A stretch of DNA of 63,893 bases, the filler included, from Asterionella formosa (Eukaryota): the NCBI GenBank assembly GCA_002256025.1. It is 24 parts of 24 records of this genome, joined end to end, with 100 filler letters (N's around TTAATTAATTAA, not from the genome) between each part and the next. Parts side by side here need not be neighbours in the genome. Positions count along the whole stretch, not along the records: positions 8,325 to 33,969 come from NKIB01001912.1; positions 34,070 to 35,633 come from NKIB01001913.1; positions 35,734 to 37,297 come from NKIB01001914.1; positions 37,398 to 38,961 come from NKIB01001915.1; positions 39,062 to 40,625 come from NKIB01001916.1; positions 40,726 to 42,288 come from NKIB01001918.1; positions 42,389 to 43,951 come from NKIB01001919.1; positions 44,052 to 45,615 come from NKIB01001920.1; 16 more parts are not named here. One strand, 5' to 3'. Positions 33,369 to 45,715 of this stretch are shown piece after piece (the first letter of the stretch is position 1; each line of letters opens with the position of its first letter). Both the position numbers and the translations under genes were made by a program. The notes beneath the pieces are model-generated. The model was not told the origin of the DNA. It did not search any database and worked only from the letters and a program-made list of their open reading frames with translations.

Positions 33369-34099
33369 TCCAATAATTTTTGTTCCTCCTTCCACCAGGT
33401 ACCATGTACCGGTATGGATCTACTGTATGCTTTCGCGACATAAATATCATAGCTGAGCGAGTTATAGTAATTGTTCTCTATTGATTTATCATACCGGTAC
33501 ACTGTTAGCTGAAAGAGTACATAGAACATTGTACAGGATACTACTGGTACCTGGTACTCCAGGTACCAGGTACCAGTGCCTGGAAACCAGAACGATGCAT
33601 ACCGTACTCTGGTGCACACCTGGAGGATGCAGTGGTAGACAACCTTGTACCAGTACTAGGTACAATCTAGCACATGGTACTAGGAGTGCCTGGTACCTGG
33701 TACCCTGTAGTTTACCAGTACACCTGCAAGTTGGTGTACTTTTGCTGACGTCACAATCACAGCAACGAAAAATCTACCGTAAATACCGGAAGTTAAACTC
33801 CACTGGGAGATAAGCTGCAAGGACGGAATTTTTGGAACATCATATAAACACAAACTGCTGGGAGTCAAGCTCCACGTAACCGAAATACTATGTATTGCGT
33901 AAGAGAAAGTATAGTGCGCATGATCGTGAAATGAACTTCTCTGGTTGTGAATTGGTGATACGTGCTGCTNNNNNNNNNNNNNNNNNNNNNNNNNNNNNNN
34001 NNNNNNNNNNNNNTTAATTAATTAANNNNNNNNNNNNNNNNNNNNNNNNNNNNNNNNNNNNNNNNNNNNCCCCCCCGCGGCCCCCCACCAACTGCGGCA

Positions 34100-35130
34100 G
34101 TTCCGCATGCAACATGTTGTGCTTCACATCAGATGCGACTAATGGCGAAGGATAACAAGGAAGTATATACCAAGACTGTAATGAAAGAGTTTTTCGACTT
34201 TGTGTGTTTGGTGGGGAAATCCGGGATACCAGAATCTACAATGGAACCTTCATTATCACGATTTATTGTCTTATCCTCACAATATCTGAGCTCCCTGTGG
34301 AAATCGCTTGGTGTTGGTGTGTCATCCTCCCATACAAATCATTTCTGTGTATGGTTTACGTGTCACAGAGACTGTAGAGGTATCGGGTGTCTAGCTAAAT
34401 GATAACCGATGTAGCAGGTGTATCCGTCGTGGTATACCATGGTGCTTTGACTATGCTGTTGTGGATAGCCAGCATCTCAAAGCATTGCAGGCTGAGCTTG
34501 CCTACCAGCTCTCTTCAACCTTGTACAGCATACAGCACTATGTGAAGTTTGATACCATCAAGCTTGCTTCTAATTTGCGATTAGACGACAACCAATAGGG
34601 AAAGGAAGGCGACCCCTGCTACCATATACTTTCAATCTGAAGGGAAGCCAGCCTCTCTTGTGATCCTACACATGAATTTCCTACGCAGCGAGCTTGTCAT
34701 CCGGTATCCTACTCGAAAAGCGGATTTTGCCCTTTGTTCCCTACAGGAGTGTCGGGAACAGCACCTACTACCGGTAGTAGAGATAGAGCTGGAATCTAAA
34801 GTTCAACGCATACAAACGGCCTTGTCTCGAGGAGAACGAACAAAAGAAGTTGGACAGATACTAATGGAGCAGGCCATCCTGTGTATACTCCATCTACAGA
34901 ATCATGTAAGCGAAAAAGTTCTATATTTTCTTTTATAGGCTATACTGACAAGGTATGGTGAAGCTGCTACAGCCAAGCACTTGGATTGTGTCAACGCCAT
35001 CACTCAGGTGGTTAAGACACGAGTCCTTGGAACTATTCTTGCATCACCATCACAATGGAAATTTCCATTTGATGACTCTGGTAAAGCTGTTGACCCAAGA
35101 ACAGTGACTAATGCAGCCATCCTACTAAAA
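34100..35130 (+). pseudogene. Decayed transposase-like sequence (RAG1/Transib-like motifs)
   Basis: Broken frames with LSSLWKSLGVG...FCVWFTC and AILCILHLQNHVSEK, resembling G..C.WC and LHxxxRxxE motifs. Confidence 0.35.
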
Positions 35131-35733
35131 TGGTTGGTTGTCGTCTAGGGAGCAAAACTGAACAAATGGAGAAACCACATAATTGACACCATCAACATCA
35201 CAGAAACGAAGCCTGATCAACAGTGGATGAGGACGTTGCCTGCCATATCAAAAATCAACGCCTCTATCATCAATTCGAGTCTTGAATTTACCTCCCAAGT
35301 CGTATGTGGCGGGATGAGCAGGGCATGCCAAAAGCCTAACAACGTCTGCTTGTAAAAGAGGCAGCACTTGCTGTGCGTCCTCTTTTTGGGGGGCAGGCTT
35401 CTTGTGCCAACTCCAAAATTCCAACCAAACAATCACCATAGACTATTTAGCTCACCAGTAGACACTATTTGAATCCAGTGCTTATCAGTAGACGTAACCT
35501 TCCCAATAGTAGCAAGTGAAGGTACAAACATTTTAACACGTTGCTGGCTTTTCTTGGTTGCCACAACCAAAAAATCATCATCCCCACCATTACGTCGTCG
35601 TTTTTGCTCATCAATCATCCATTTGTGGAAAAGNNNNNNNNNNNNNNNNNNNNNNNNNNNNNNNNNNNNNNNNNNNNTTAATTAATTAANNNNNNNNNNN
35701 NNNNNNNNNNNNNNNNNNNNNNNNNNNNNNNNN

Positions 35734-37297
35734 AGTATTTCCGCCACAGTCATTCTTCCTCTCCGCTGCCCACCAAACAAGCAACCCTGATCATTCCATT
35801 CTGAGCAAGCGTGATCGCCACGCTGCTCCAGAACTATTGACTCTCTCTAGCTGAGTATTCGTCATGTAGCTTCTGATACGAACTCGCAGTAGAAATGTAG
35901 CAAAGCGCGTTAGTACAAGAAATGCATTGCTTGGTGGCAGTATTGACATCATTGTCAACGACTATACAAATCAACAAATACGATCAACAACGGCACAATA
36001 CCACATCTTCAATGAGTAGTCATTGATAAATGCATTGGTTCTTATGTAGATATGTACAATCAAAACAAAACGACAGTGCGTAACAACAAACAACGATGGA
36101 AGCGATCAAAACAAACCACAGAAGCAATGAAATCGGAAAGTCGATAAATACGATCTACAACCCACATTCAGTGTTTCACTGTTGTACTTACCGATCCGCT
36201 TCAACTAGCATAACAAGCAGCAGACGATGGGATCAAAGAAAGACGAACATTGCCTATTGCAAGGCCGAATAGAGCAAAGGCAGGCAAGATAGAGTGAGAA
36301 CTATATTTGTGAGGACGAAATCGGGCATATGGTATGTAAAATCAATGAATATGTGAACGATATAATTCAACATTTCAGGTCTCGTAAAAATAATACCGAG
36401 TCTACAGAGATAATATTATAACGTGTTCAAAGTAAGCGTTAAAGCATGCATGGTTGTTTTTAGTACCACGGGCGCTGCAAGAAGGTCACCCTACTCGCGC
36501 CACCCAGCCTCGAACACATGTATACTCGCAAGCAAGAGACCACCTCGGGCATGTATACTTGCAGGCAAGAGCCCACCTCGGGCATGTATACTCACAGGCA
36601 AGAGACCACCTCGGGCATGTATTGCCTTCAGCAATTCCCGCTACAGCTATCGTCTTGCCATTCGAGTACTTCTAAGTAATTTTTAGGCTCTAAGTAATTT
36701 CTTAAGTAAATTTTATTTAAGGGCAATATGGGGCACATCGAATTTTTCGGCAATAAAATTGCCGATTTTAGCATGACAACCAGAATATCGGTAATATGCA
36801 TAGAGATGGTACAACAAGCGTAAAACACACGAGAATGATTGTAACATGCAACATCAATGAAAATTGAACATGATGTTTGAAGCAACCAAAGTATGAAATG
36901 CGTTGTAATAATTAGCATCAAATGAGAAATAGAAAAAAAAAATTTGGGTTAGAAATGATGGAAAAAATAAGAGTTCCAATGGAGACGTATGCATTGTGAA
37001 TCATTGTAGTACTTACACACCAGGCAACATTCACTTTCCATCACCACACAATTGAAGACCAAAATAAGAAGGGAAAAGCTGAACCCAATCTTGACCTACA
37101 CCGTTATTTAGCGTAAATGGTCTGGTTTCTGCAACCATGCGCATCGCTGTAGTAGCCTGACACCAGTAGCAGTATTTCCGCCACAGTCATTCTTCCTCTC
37201 CGCTGCCCACCAAACAAGCAACCCTGATCATTCCATTCTGAGCAAGCGTGATCGCCACGCTGCTCCAGAACTATTGACTCTCTCTAGCTGAGTATTC
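35734..37297. repeat. 1437-bp tandem or circular unit (self-overlapping contig) with an internal 33-bp repeat
   Basis: 35734-35860 is repeated at 37171-37297 (127 bp); CCACCTCGGGCATGTAT occurs three times at about 36540-36625. Confidence 0.88.
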
Positions 37298-37397
37298 NNN
37301 NNNNNNNNNNNNNNNNNNNNNNNNNNNNNNNNNNNNNNNNNTTAATTAATTAANNNNNNNNNNNNNNNNNNNNNNNNNNNNNNNNNNNNNNNNNNNN

Positions 37398-38961
37398 GTC
37401 AAGGCTGTTGAATTCTAGTCGGAATTGGAGGGATGTGAAGCATGCATCATCTGTGAATGCTGCGATCCTGAATGTCAGTGTTGATGGTATGAAGTCGAAG
37501 AGTTGGTGGAGAAGTTTTGGAAGATGATTTCATTCTCACTAGAATGAAGGATGAAGACATCACGCCATCAAGAGCACGCAAATTTGTCTTCAAGTTTTTG
37601 ATCAGAACTTTTTGTGGACCATTGGGAAAAGTTGTTCGGCAGGATTTCCCTGACTGTTGTTTGAAAGGGGTTCGACCCTTCTTGAAAAACAAAGACCAAA
37701 CGAAGCGTACACTGGTTGTTAACCAACTTCCAAACGTTCTGAATGTTCTAGATCTAGTAGTGATTAGCGTTTTTTTAAGATCTTCATTTACTTCATTAGT
37801 AAATCAAGAACTTCAATCCACCTACAAACAATTTCTAAAATAAGTTCTAGAAGTGAGGTGACATGAAATGACAAATCTTTTTTTGGCAATGTTCTAACAA
37901 AGCAACAACAAAAAACTATCTTAAGACAAAATCATGTCATGTTCCAGTGGTGGCTGTCTCATTCCCGAAATTGGAGTTGGTTGTCAAGGAGGATGAAATA
38001 TAGCAGTCGATGGAAATCAAAATTGGTGGACCACTAAAATGTCTTTTCTTCCCCCTACAACAATCACATCACCAATTGAACAAATCACATTGTCAACAAT
38101 TGAAACAACCTCTCAACTGAACAGGAATTATATTAGCGACTATAATACATGGTCAAAATTCCTGCAGGAATATATGTATTACAAAAATTGTGTTATTAAA
38201 TTCGTTAAAGAATAATGCAAACATTCACGACTTTGTGATTTCGTAAATTACTTTTTATTAAAAAGAAAACGAAAGCTGTACATCAAACATGAATGCAAAG
38301 CCTTTCTAGACCAGGATGTTTCGCCTTTCCGATTTCAACAATGAAACAACTCTTAATTGTTTTCTCTGCTTAAAATTACGGCTTGGCAAGCAAATTCAAT
38401 GTCTCCTCCTGTTTGACCTGTCAGAAACTGGTTTCTAAACTCGATTCTGCAAGAAGCAACAGCAATGGAGACAGAAATGATGAGATTAAAAATAACACAG
38501 TAGAAGCAAAAACAATTTCAATAAACAAACAGTTTATTTTAGGTTGTCACAAAATCTGAATGGGACCGGCTGATGCAGATATCATCTGTTCCTCAATGAA
38601 CCTAGTACCACTTACCTTTGGATTATGGTGCACAAAAGGTAAATTCAGTGTTGTAGAGGAACTGGTTGTAAAGGCTGCAGTTGCTGAAACCGCTCTTGCA
38701 ATGATGAAATAGGCGTGTCAGGAAAGAAATATATATCAGTTACTCAATGTGTATGAACGAGGAGACTGCTGGTGTGCTGACAAAGGATGTGATTTTTAGT
38801 GGCGGAGCAGTCTTACTGGTATGTGTACCGCTTCTCTGTACTGAATATGGTGCAACTCACCGTTTGTTATGATAACTGCTGGCAGCAGTGGTCCAGCAGG
38901 AATAAGTACAACTCCGTAAGTGGACATGCTTTTTGTATTGGTGGCTACATGAAAAGATACT
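37398..38961 (+). pseudogene. Decayed Kolobok-like DNA transposon (accessory ORF + DDE N-terminus)
   Basis: RKFVFKFLIRTFCGPLGKVVRQDFPDCCLKGVR (P2X7-ballast/KolX-like) and VCYDNCWQQWSSRNKYNSVSGHAFCIG (DxxWxxR..Y.S.SG motif); many stops. Confidence 0.5.
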
Positions 38962-39061
38962 NNNNNNNNNNNNNNNNNNNNNNNNNNNNNNNNNNNNNNN
39001 NNNNNTTAATTAATTAANNNNNNNNNNNNNNNNNNNNNNNNNNNNNNNNNNNNNNNNNNNN

Positions 39062-39751
39062 AAAGTACTGCTGACACATGAAGATGCCGTTGTGAGACTG
39101 CCTACTGCAGACGAAGCCACCTTGTTTGCAACCATGATCAATCAGAAATACCCACTTATAACAAATTGTTGGGGAGCAATGGATGGTCTGAAACTGACCC
39201 TGCAACGGGCTGGAAATGAAACACAGCAGAACAACTTCTACAATGGATGGACCCATGAACACTATGTGACAAACTTGTTTCTTTTTTCGCCTGATGGAAA
39301 AATTCGCTGCTCATATTTCAATGCACCTGGTGTTCTACATGACTCCACCATGGCAATTTGGTCATCGATCTATGATCAGATTGAAACAGTTTACAGGGAT
39401 ACAGGCAAAAAAGTAGTTGTGGATTCAGCATTTGCATCTAAGAAATCAAATGCAATGTTGAAATCGCATCAAAACAATGTTGATGCAAATGGTAATCCTC
39501 GACAAAGATTTGGTATGAATCGCCAAGCCACCTCCATCCGACAGCTGTCGGAATGGGGAATGCGATGCCTTCAGGGATCATTTCCGAGAATCAAAGACAA
39601 ATTTCGTTATGAAGAAAAAGGTGAGAGAAAATTAATTCTCCAAATGATTGTATTGCTCTACAACTTTCGTGCTAGCAAAGTTGGTCAGAACCAAATTGCT
39701 TCAGTGTATATGCCCTATTTGCATAGGAATGCAAATAGATATGCCATGTAA
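39062..39751 (+). mobile_element. Harbinger DDE transposase, C-terminal part
   Basis: CWGAMDGLKL, FYNGWTHEH, NAPGVLHDS, VVVDSAF, TSIRQLSEWGMRCLQGSFPR. Confidence 0.92.
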
Positions 39752-39828
39752 TGGTGCTAAATTATTCCTTCATGATTATTTAGCACCACTTCTTTCACAT
39801 TAAATTAGAATGAATTAATTTAAGGTTG

Positions 39829-40625
39829 TTATTCATCATCACTACTACTGCTACCACTGTTGTTTTTTGGTGTTTGACATTGAGTTGAGGCAGACAAAGT
39901 TTGTTGTGCATTGGCACCTGCTGTCGAGGTTGGATTTTGGCTTTGCATTGTTTGCTGCATTGAAATCATGTTTGAAGCAATAATTGAATTCATAATTGCC
40001 TGAGTGGGATTGGCACTGTCAGTGGAGGTGGTTGTTTGAGATACCCCATGCTGATTCAACAATGATGCCATGATTGACATCATCATCATGTTCATCATGT
40101 TCTGTTGCTGCAGTTGTTGCTGCTGTTGTTGTTGCTGCTGCAGGTTATCAGTATCAGTTCGAGTAGCCTTGTGAAGCAACTGTGTCGAAAGAAGAGAAAG
40201 CACTTTTTCAACAGGCCCAGTATTGTTTGACACTGCCTTATCTCTAAATCGAGGGGACACCATAGGTCGAGGAAATCTTGAACCAGAAAAATTAGCATAA
40301 GCGGCAGATGTTGCTCCACCATTGTCTTCACTCTCCCCACCAGAAATCGCTATAAAATCATCATCAACATTTGGCTCATCAATATTGGGCTCATTGGGCT
40401 CTCTCTCTATTCCAAGATCATTGGAATCAATCTCAGCACTTGCATCTGCTCGTTGCTCGATTCCTCGAAAAATTTGTTTGGCATATCTCACCTCAGCAGG
40501 GCATGTTGGGTCCCCAGTTGGTTTCTTAACTTTGTGCAGTTGTGAAAACTTTCGGCGAAGTGAAGGTCCTGTCCGTTCTTTGTCTGGGAAATTCTCGTTG
40601 TGCTGTGATGCAACAACTTCCCATT
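39829..40625 (-). mobile_element. Harbinger accessory ORF (Myb/trihelix-like domain with Q/M-rich tail), convergent with the transposase, 5'-truncated
   Basis: WEVVASQHNENFPDKERTGPSLRRKFSQLHKVKKPTGDPTCPAEVRYAK followed by a low-complexity tail. Confidence 0.75.
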
Positions 40626-40725
40626 NNNNNNNNNNNNNNNNNNNNNNNNNNNNNNNNNNNNNNNNNNNNTTAATTAATTAANNNNNNNNNNNNNNNNNNN
40701 NNNNNNNNNNNNNNNNNNNNNNNNN

Positions 40726-42288
40726 ATGGTTGCGTAAGCAGACTTGGGATGGAACCCGTGTTGATACCGATCAATCGCAAGGCAACGGCGCCCAAGGAGA
40801 GAAGATAATCCGTGAAGCCGAATTTAAGCGCGTGACCTTAAATGCTTTGGCTAAAGCTTTGACAGCTGAACAGATTCTGGCTTTAATCACCGAGTTCAGT
40901 GGAAAACAGACATCAATGACATATCCTGAATTCATGAATTGTTTGAAACAGCAAGGCTTGAACCAGGTGGTAGAGGAAGTGTCGAAGGAGAGTTCATACT
41001 TTTGCGAGAGTGGGGATATTAATGCTGTTGGCTTTCTGTATGCAATCCTTGCAGCTCGCGGTCAAGTTCTAGAGGACGTCTTCATTGATGATTTCCGTAG
41101 CAATCACCCTGAGGGGGAGGCATATATTACAACTGACAATCTCACTACAATGCTCCATAAGATGACTCCGATTTCAGCTGTTCACATCTTCGAAGCTGCT
41201 AATCTTCCCCTTGATACGGACAGAGTGGCATTCGAAGACTTCTTAAAGATCTACCGTGAAATGCACATGAGTTTTGTTAGATCGAAAATGTCTCAACAAT
41301 CTAAGTACCGCTTGTCAATAACAGCAGCCGTCTCTGGCGATCCTCTTATAGATGAGGACAAGCCCTCACCCACCGTATACGCAACGTACGAACTTGTCGA
41401 GCGATTGGGGGGAGACAACGCAGTCCTCCTCGGAGTCATGGCGAAGCAACCACCGTTCCTTGGGACTACTTTGGACTCCTCAACGGGAAAAACTTCACGT
41501 CTTACTGCGAGCTTATCAAGTCCCTTGTTGCACTCAACAATGTCACATGAAAGTGAGCGAGAAATCGAAAGGGCGTCGTCATTGTCGGTGATGAAGACGA
41601 GCTCCTTCACACAACAAGGGCATAGTAACTATGTTCTGAAAGTCTTCCGGCTCTGCAAGTTTGATCCATCAATTTCGAAGAGCGTTTCGCTTCAACTTAG
41701 GCATGAAATCAATCAAATAAAGCAGGTAATTCATCCGAATATTGCCCGTGTGTTGCATATGTCTCAGCATTTTGATCATATTCATGTGGTGCAAGAGCTA
41801 TGCTGTGGCGGGAATCTCGGGGATAAGCTACCAAACAAGGAGTCGGAGATAATTGACATTGTTAAGAATATCCTTGAGGGCCTTCAGAGTTTTCATGATC
41901 GCAATCTTGTTTTTCGGAATTTGAATCTGGAGACTGTGGTGTTTGCTGATGATCGAAAAGTCAAGCTCACCAATTATGGCCTGTCACGGAAAATTTTCAA
42001 AAATGAACTGCAGTTGATCAATGAAGACCACTGGGAAACCTTATACGCTTCATCTCCTGAATCTTTATCTGGATCCCCTACACAAATGAGTGACATGTGG
42101 AGTCTTGGTGTGATTACCTTTGCCATGCTTGCTGGCCATAAGCCATTCCGTGGTCAAGGGAAAGATCTGCAGAGGCAGATTGAATCTGTTGAATTCAACT
42201 TTTCGCATCCAGTTTGGTGTAAGCGATCCAAGGAAGCACAGAATTTCGTATCGTCGTTGCTACGAAGAGAACCATCCAAGCGACCAGA
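40726..42288 (+). CDS. EF-hand-like region + CAMK/CDPK-type kinase domain, probably a pseudokinase; partial at both ends
   Basis: MTYPEF, GDINAVGF and VAFEDF EF-hand-like ends; HPNI, ELCCGG, FRNLNLET, TNYGLS, SPE, SDMWSLGVI. Confidence 0.8.
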
Positions 42289-42388
42289 NNNNNNNNNNNN
42301 NNNNNNNNNNNNNNNNNNNNNNNNNNNNNNNNTTAATTAATTAANNNNNNNNNNNNNNNNNNNNNNNNNNNNNNNNNNNNNNNNNNNN

Positions 42389-43951
42389 CGACATGCATTG
42401 GCACAAATTGGAGATATCTTCTTTACAAAGTATAAGATTTTTCCAACCATGGATCTGTATTCACTATGTAGAACAGTGTGGGCATCATTCTTGGACAAAC
42501 TTGTACCTGGCAATCCGGGAGTTGGTGCAATTGCGGGATAAAGTCCAAAGAGATTCTTATAGTCTTCAAACATTCCTTCAAAGAAATCCTCCATAGTAGA
42601 TTCAAGAAATCTTCCATCAGCATCCTCTCCCCAGTCATACCAAACTCCTAAATGTTTCTTGATTGGTCCGAGTTCCTTTATGGTGAAATGCTTCTTGGCT
42701 TAAGCCTTAAGCCAGTCAACATCGGCTTGTTCTCCTGCAACAATGCAGTCATCAACATAGATACAAACAATTAGAAGCAATTTCAAATCACGTTTCAAGA
42801 AGAAAATGCATGGATCCACTTTGCTCTGTTTCATTCCAATGAGAATCAGACGCTCCACAAGTTTCTTGTACCACTGTCGCGCAGCCTGCACCGTTCCATA
42901 CATGGCTTTACTTAGAAGAATACAATTTTCTGAGACAACCTTGTTGTCTCAAAGCCAAACTCAACAACGCCTTCAGGCCATTCAAGGTAGATGTCTTCCT
43001 CTAAATCTCCTTCAAGAAAGGATGCTTCGACGTCAATGACCTCCTCAAAGTCCATGTCTTCTTGTGCATGGTGATTGCAAAGACAACTCTGATACTTGTA
43101 TCCATAGCCACAGGTGCAAACGAGTCGGTAAAATCAACACCGGGGATTTGAACATATCCCTTGATGACCACACGTGCCTTATAGCGTGTAGTCAAGTCTT
43201 GTTCCTTCTTTTTCTTGAAGACCCATTGACTCCCAAGCGGCTTGCGTCCATGCAATTCTGATCTTGGGAATTTTGACCAGAATTTTCGTTTTATAAAATT
43301 ATTAATTTCACTTTTGATTGCTGGAATCCATATTTCTCTGTCATCTGCTTTCAGTGCCGCACTGTAGGTCTTGGGTTCACCTGGATCTGATGCAAGTGTA
43401 GAGCTGTAGATGTAATGAACCTCCATGGATGAAGTAGGCTTAGAATCCAGATCATCATCATCATCTACAATAGTATGCAATCTTCCAGAACGTAGTGTAA
43501 ACATCGTTGGAGCAGTTTCATGACCAAGTTTCTTGAGCTCTCGTTCAGCTCTTGTAATAGCAGGTTTTGAAGTATTTGAAGCTTCATTCCTCCCTGCTTC
43601 AGAGACCTGCAAGTCATTAAGAGTCGAAAGTGATCCAGTCTCATCATCTGGGATGACAGTCGGAGTTGGTGCAACAGGTTGGTCAAGTTCCTCCTCAAAC
43701 TCAATTTCATTAATCCCAGTCTTGAACATGGTCAGATCATTAGTAGGTTTCGTTTCTCCATGCCATTCAATCCATTTTACATCACGGCTCTGAATCACCT
43801 TCTTGGTTATAGGGTTAAAGAGTCGGTAGGTATCACCTGGGTGGTTTTCAGAGTATCCAATCATGACACATTTAATTGCTTTATCATCAAGCTTATTCAC
43901 AGGAGTTCTTATGGTGACATATCCAGTTTGTCCAAATTGGATCAAGTGTTC
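42389..43951 (-). mobile_element. Copia pol fragment (integrase end + RT), disrupted copy
   Basis: YKARVVIKG, YGTVQAARQW, YVDD; two frameshifts and a GAA>TAA stop relative to the other copies. Confidence 0.95.
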
Positions 43952-44051
43952 NNNNNNNNNNNNNNNNNNNNNNNNNNNNNNNNNNNNNNNNNNNNTTAAT
44001 TAATTAANNNNNNNNNNNNNNNNNNNNNNNNNNNNNNNNNNNNNNNNNNNN

Positions 44052-44656
44052 AGTTAACACAGTCACCAATTTACCAGAAATTTCACATATCAATAATAAG
44101 ACATCAGAATATATTGCGATGAAATTTAAAAAATGATTGGTTGGACGGATATCTCCATCCAGAAGGTTGTATACATGACAATGGAGGTCAATTTACTGGT
44201 ATTCCTTTCATACACATTAAAAGCCTATGTACAAGTCATGTTAAAGGCTCATCCTCCAATCAAGGAATTTCAAGTTCAGAATATTGTGGATACCAGTTTG
44301 CTGCATCATATGCAGCTCGAGCTACTATTTATAGTACATTGTGTATTTTCACCAGGAACATGGGTTTTACAACATGATTTGATTATAGATATGTAATTGA
44401 TATTGGGATATCAATGTTGATAAGTGATAATTGACAAATGACTACGTCGTGATACTTTCCGTCGTCGTTCTTGCGATTACAAGGTTGTTGATGAGGTTTT
44501 AATCCTATCGGATAATCCTACTACCTTGGATAACCATGGACGAGGTCCTTATTCTATTTATTCAAGTATATGCCAATGGTCCAGTTACTTTTCAACAAAC
44601 TATGCATACTACGGACTGAATTAATATCCATTACATCAAACCTTTTCAAAGGTAAA
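44052..44656 (+). pseudogene. Decayed Gypsy integrase 3' end
   Basis: VTNLPEI, CIHDNGGQFTG, SPG, GPY and INIHYIKPF in broken frames, directly before a PPT and LTR. Confidence 0.75.
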
Positions 44657-44680
44657 AGGTTTTCCCTTGGTGTGGGAGAG

Positions 44681-44877
44681 TGAGCGATCTTGCGCATCAA
44701 TACAGATGTATATAGGGTTAGTGTTATATCATGTATGTATAAGAACTCAATAATGAGAGAACTCGACTAACCCTCATTGTATACTTTGGTGTCGACTTGG
44801 AGAACGAGTTACACACAAGGATTAACAAATAAGCTCATATATTCAACAAATACTACTACTTCTAGTTAGATACTTCA
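44681..44877 (+). mobile_element. Gypsy 3' LTR (197 bp)
   Basis: PPT GGGAGAG then TGAG...TTCA; near-identical to 59446-59642; followed by CCAGG. Confidence 0.88.
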
Positions 44878-45715
44878 CCAGGTACCAGGTACCAACCAGG
44901 GTACTCAACCTAGTATTTAGTTAAATAGATAGTGTCCTTACAAGCTTTTGTCAACACATTATTCGCTCGATTGGTTTAGGTAGCCGTACGGAATTCAAAA
45001 TTCTCCAACCGTTATACATCATATGCATATTATAACGACGGTCGAAGAAGAAAAACAGCAACCAAGGCGGCCGGCGATGTAACAGGCAAGCACATTCATG
45101 CAGTATATACAACCCAGCCTCATGATAACCAAACAAACCCGTGCACCAAATCTGTATCACATGTAATCTCATATTTTACATAAATGAATGCCATATACCG
45201 GTATATATTTCATAGAAAGTGACGAGACATCATCACGGAAAGCATTCTCGAAGCAAGCGGAAATGGTCAATGGATTCATAATGACTTCAGAACGAGGAAG
45301 ATGCCACTTTTATCAGTAAATTGCCTTTGTTCTCCTCGTTGGATTGACACTAGATTACAATCTCAACGACAGCAGAGCTTATCAACTAATGACATCGATA
45401 CAAAATAAAGCGGGTCCCAAGATTCTACTGGTCCAAGCAAAGGCCGATGAAGAAGTCGTGGTGACATCCTTGATTAATAGAACTTCTGCCGAGGAAAATG
45501 CCATCCCAGTGAACAATCAATCCTTGTCCATTGAGGAAATGGCAACACTGTTACCCAAACCACAAACATCGGTCGGCAACTGTGTCCCGCTTCTGACATC
45601 ACAAGGAGGTTGGGTNNNNNNNNNNNNNNNNNNNNNNNNNNNNNNNNNNNNNNNNNNNNTTAATTAATTAANNNNNNNNNNNNNNNNNNNNNNNNNNNNN
45701 NNNNNNNNNNNNNNN

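Noticed and set aside
35734..37297. 5S rRNA or snRNA array as the identity of the 1437-bp unit
   Set aside because: I could not find 5S, U1, U2 or U6 signature sequences by eye; an Rfam scan is needed to exclude them fully.
45260..45615. ORF fragment 45344-45615
   Set aside because: Upstream frame contains stops and no recognisable motif; cannot be assigned.
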